DNA from: Nemertoderma westbladi
Lineage: Eukaryota > Animalia > Xenacoelomorpha
Direction: 5' to 3'
Assembly: GCA_032718475.1 (NCBI GenBank)
Contig: JAUCBJ010001071.1
Coordinates: 62,001-126,000 of the forward strand
Length of the DNA stretch: 64,000 bases
Shown: in pieces, positions 60,561-64,000 of the stretch
Position numbering within the stretch: position 1 is the first letter of the stretch
How the letters are laid out: each line of letters starts with the position of its first letter
The notes under the pieces: model-generated
Database searches by the model: none
Told to the model about the DNA's origin: nothing
Seen by the model: only the letters and a program-made list of their open reading frames with translations
Translations under genes and position numbers: made by a program

Positions 60561-62182
60561 ATCTGCTATATGAGTTAATCAATATTATAATGAGTTTATA
60601 TTTAGGCTAGCGGGCGTCGCTGCCTACCCCTCTCTGCCCCCAGACAGTGCAAGATCCTCAGCGCCGATGTACCGTCGTTGCTGTGTTTTCGCCAACGTAG
60701 TAGCTACACAACGACAACGATAACTGGCACAAGTCACTCCACTGTCCGTCCCAAAGGCTTAGATTTACTTCAGGTTTTTTGCTGCAGAGTTAGGGCTACT
60801 TTCACAATTGCGACTCGCTACTGTAAACACACTTTAGTAGTAACATTCACCTATAAACGCACAAATTCCACACAACTGTCACAAATTGTACACATTCGGG
60901 CCATTTGTCCGTTAGTCAAGTGCCTTCCAGAATGCCACGTTATTATTATGTATCCTTGGATACTAGCAGTATGCTATTTATTCCTTATGCTATTCAATGG
61001 GGCAAGCTTTCTATGGTTCTTTTAACTCACTTCTAATTCTAGCGTGGTTGTTGCTATGGTGACATTATGGAAAGCTAGCGGTAGAATTAGGGTAATTCTC
61101 ATGCATACAGATCTGGGATGCTATTTAATAGTAATTCTTTAATTGTCAATATCCCCTTTATACATGATTTTATGAATTTTATCGGCTATTGACTATATAT
61201 TGGAGATTCTCGCACACTAATACACTTAATAGGGTGAATCTCCGCTCCCATGATCTATTAATTAATGGAATTTTGGGAATGTTATAAATTGTATAAAAAT
61301 GACAATTTATCAAATTCATTAAAATATGAATTTAAATTTATTCCCGTAAATTTTATTATTTAACATTAAATAGACACAATTTTATTCCAGAGCATGTCTG
61401 GGGACTGGGATCCTTGATTCTAGGAAATTTGTCTTTTTAAGAGTATCGGTAAGTGCTACGATATCTTAATTGACTAGAATTTTAAAGGATCTGAATTTGA
61501 CAGACTTTATAAATATTAATAATTAATATTTAAGATGTGCACCGGTTTATTCCAGAACTTGTCTGGGGACGTTAACCACTGATTCTAGAATTTTGTCTTC
61601 AAGTATATCGGTGGGTGCCGCGATATCTTAATCGACTAGAATTACAGATGGTCAAAGGGTTTAACAGATTTATTTGCGTTGTACGCTACTGTTAAAGGGA
61701 CATCACGCTACTATATGTATTATTTAATATACGGTATGAGAGCAATATCGCAAGAAGCAATGTCAGTGAGAAGAGGCAAGTCGTTTCCAAGGTCTACCCA
61801 GAGCTTGGTTTAGCCGAGACACGAGGATCTGAATTTTGCATTCCTAATACTCTACTTTACCAATAATACTTGAATATAGTAGGAGCTTTATTGTACTTTA
61901 ATAAGTACGGATATTTCATCTTACTGTAGTTACGTATTTGTAATGTAATACGGACAGTAAGGAAAGAGAAAAAGAATTATTTCTCGCCGTCGCTCTAAAT
62001 ATATAATATATGTAATAAACACTAATATATATTGCACTATTCTACTAAATAATCGCTAAAATAACATTTTACTAAATAAAATTAAAGAAAACGATTATAA
62101 TAAAATTACATAATAATACATACATAAATATAAAATAATAAGAATATAAAATAATATAGTCACACACCCACTCCAGACGTTG

Positions 62183-64000
62183 TTAAGTTGGGGAGTCCCT
62201 AGATGTTTGTTGGATTAGGGAGGTGGTCGTGGGAAGAGTATCTTGCCTTCCATAGTTTCCGGAGAGTTCTCTGTCTCTTTCCAGTAAACATAAACGACCA
62301 ACTGGGCGATTGAGCTGCTGTGTCTCGAAGACAATTCCCGGTTTCTTAAAGTTACGTCGCATGACGACGAGTTCTACCGATCGCACCAAACCATCATCCG
62401 AGATGTGAGTCTCGATGACACGACCTGTCTGCCACCGCTTACGTGGAAGGCAATTATAACACAACCGCTTATCCCACATGACTTCCCGTCTATCCTTTAA
62501 TGATTTCTTTAGGAATTCATCACACACATTCAAACGGTGGGGCCCATCACACAGAGCACATTTCGGTTTGATGTTACTTACCTTATTTTGAATAACGTTG
62601 TGCACACTCGTTCTTTCTTCGGGCTTTCTTACCTAAATTATCTTAGGAGACGTAGGAGGGGTTTTTCTTACCTGTTCTCTCCTGTCATTGGTTCGAGACT
62701 TGAATTTACTTACGTCTTTAGGCGTTTTGTTGACATAATAAGATCTTTCAGTGTCTTTCCTGCTGTCCTCTTCTTGAGAAGCCTGGCTTTCGCCGTCGTT
62801 GGTATAACACACTGGTGTTACCTTTCTCCTAGAAACAGGTTTCTCACTTACCTTGTTTTCCGGTGTCTTCTCTCTGGACTGCTTTAGGAGCTGTAATTTC
62901 ACTTCTCCATCTAAGAATGACATGAGATCAGCCATGGTAGGGTCTCGTCGTTGTTGTTCCATCATATATAACACTTTCTTATCCCAGCGTGTACCTACTC
63001 CACCCTTCGGTATAGTAGAGGCCACGGCTCCAATAACCATAGAACTCTGATATTCATGAGACTTACCTAGCCAATCTAATTGTCTACAGATCTCCTGAAT
63101 CTCATCGGAAAACTCTATAATCCCACTGCTAATGAACTTTCGGGGGGCTACCAATTTTGCATACAAATACCTAGCTATGTTATTCCTATTACCATACCTG
63201 ATGTTTAGGGTATCCCAAACTTGTCTTAGTCCATCTGGATGTCCAATAAACTTTAACGCCATTAACTTGGGAGATCCTTCCAAGCACTCGATGAGGAATC
63301 TAAGTTTCTCTCCGTTAGATAACACAGAGTTCTGTATGTTATCCTTGTAATATTCATTAAAAGGTTACCATTTCATCTCATCTCCATTAAACTTGACGAT
63401 CTCTCCCACCTTTACCGCTTGACGGGCTTCGGTTCTAGCCATTTGACGCGTAAAACTTTCTTGGGCCATCGTATTATTTAATATCGAGTTATCGGTATAT
63501 AAATTTCTCGGATTATGATCAGGTCTATATGGAATATCATTGTCAACAGGTTTATAATTACCCTTAATAGGGTTTACTATAGGAGTTTCTACTTCACTAG
63601 CAGTATAGATGCGTGTAGGCTCCACACCTTGCGCATGAAATACTTCAGACCTAACAGGTTGACACATTGTTACCGGGGTTGGTGGTATACCCCTTTGTGT
63701 ATTTACTAATTTATCGCGTTCTAACGCGATACTCTGCTGCACCTCTTGCAACTCTAACCTACTTTCCCTTACTGTTCCTTTAAACTGATGAACAGTCTCC
63801 TGCATCTGCCCAAGCAGGAGATTCATCCCCCGCCGCCCCTCATCCACCCACTCGACCGCCGAAGAGGGAGCCGCCAACATAGAGGCGGGCGAGCGAGAGA
63901 CGACGGGCGATAAATTCTTGATCTCTCGCTCGGCGTCCAGGACGGGTTCGGACTCGGGAACAGCCCTACTGGGCACAGGTAGTTTAGTACTGTGCAAAGG
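62183..64000 (-). pseudogene. gag: Gag C-terminal half fused to the integrase tail of BEL copy 3
   Basis: Highly similar to 3660-5215 plus 9733-9988. Confidence 0.9.

Larger units (their letters stand above)
56862..64000 (-). mobile_element. BEL/Pao copy 3, internally deleted (runs off the right edge of the window)
   Basis: Gag at 64000-62455 is fused directly to the integrase tail (LCYNC|LPRKRWQ), followed by the same spacer, ORF3 and a partial 3' LTR (56862-57645). Confidence 0.93.

Noticed and set aside
60678-61025. Antisense 115-aa ORF with a hydrophobic tail in the BEL spacer
   Set aside because: No ATG start, and several frame-breaking indels relative to copy 1.

Overview
Animal-type, transposon-saturated eukaryotic DNA with no ordinary host gene. 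Left and right ends hold three decayed copies of one BEL/Pao LTR-retrotransposon family. Copy 1 (+) is nested head-on inside the gag of copy 2 (-), and copy 3 (-) has lost most of pol. The family carries an unusual ~1000-aa Cys/His-rich extra ORF after pol. The centre (19.3-55.8 kb) is a head-to-tail array of three composite units. A complete unit has a Polinton/Maverick-like terminus (AGTAGTAGT...), a truncated Polinton-type PolB, a ~850-aa ORF with the three catalytic motifs of Rep_trans (pT181 RepC-like, non-HUH) rolling-circle initiators, a hairpin-repeat spacer, a convergent intron-containing gene and a 64-bp satellite. Unit 1 lacks the terminus inside this window and unit 3 ends shortly after the Rep-like ORF. 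The satellite decomposes into the Polinton terminus plus its inverted target-site flank. The units were secondarily hit by a Merlin transposon, a full-length RTE-group LINE, a piggyBac-like non-autonomous element, an RT fragment and a 4.5-kb expansion of a 13-mer. The best novelty candidate is the Rep_trans-like eukaryotic element. All family calls rest on motifs read by eye; no searches were run.
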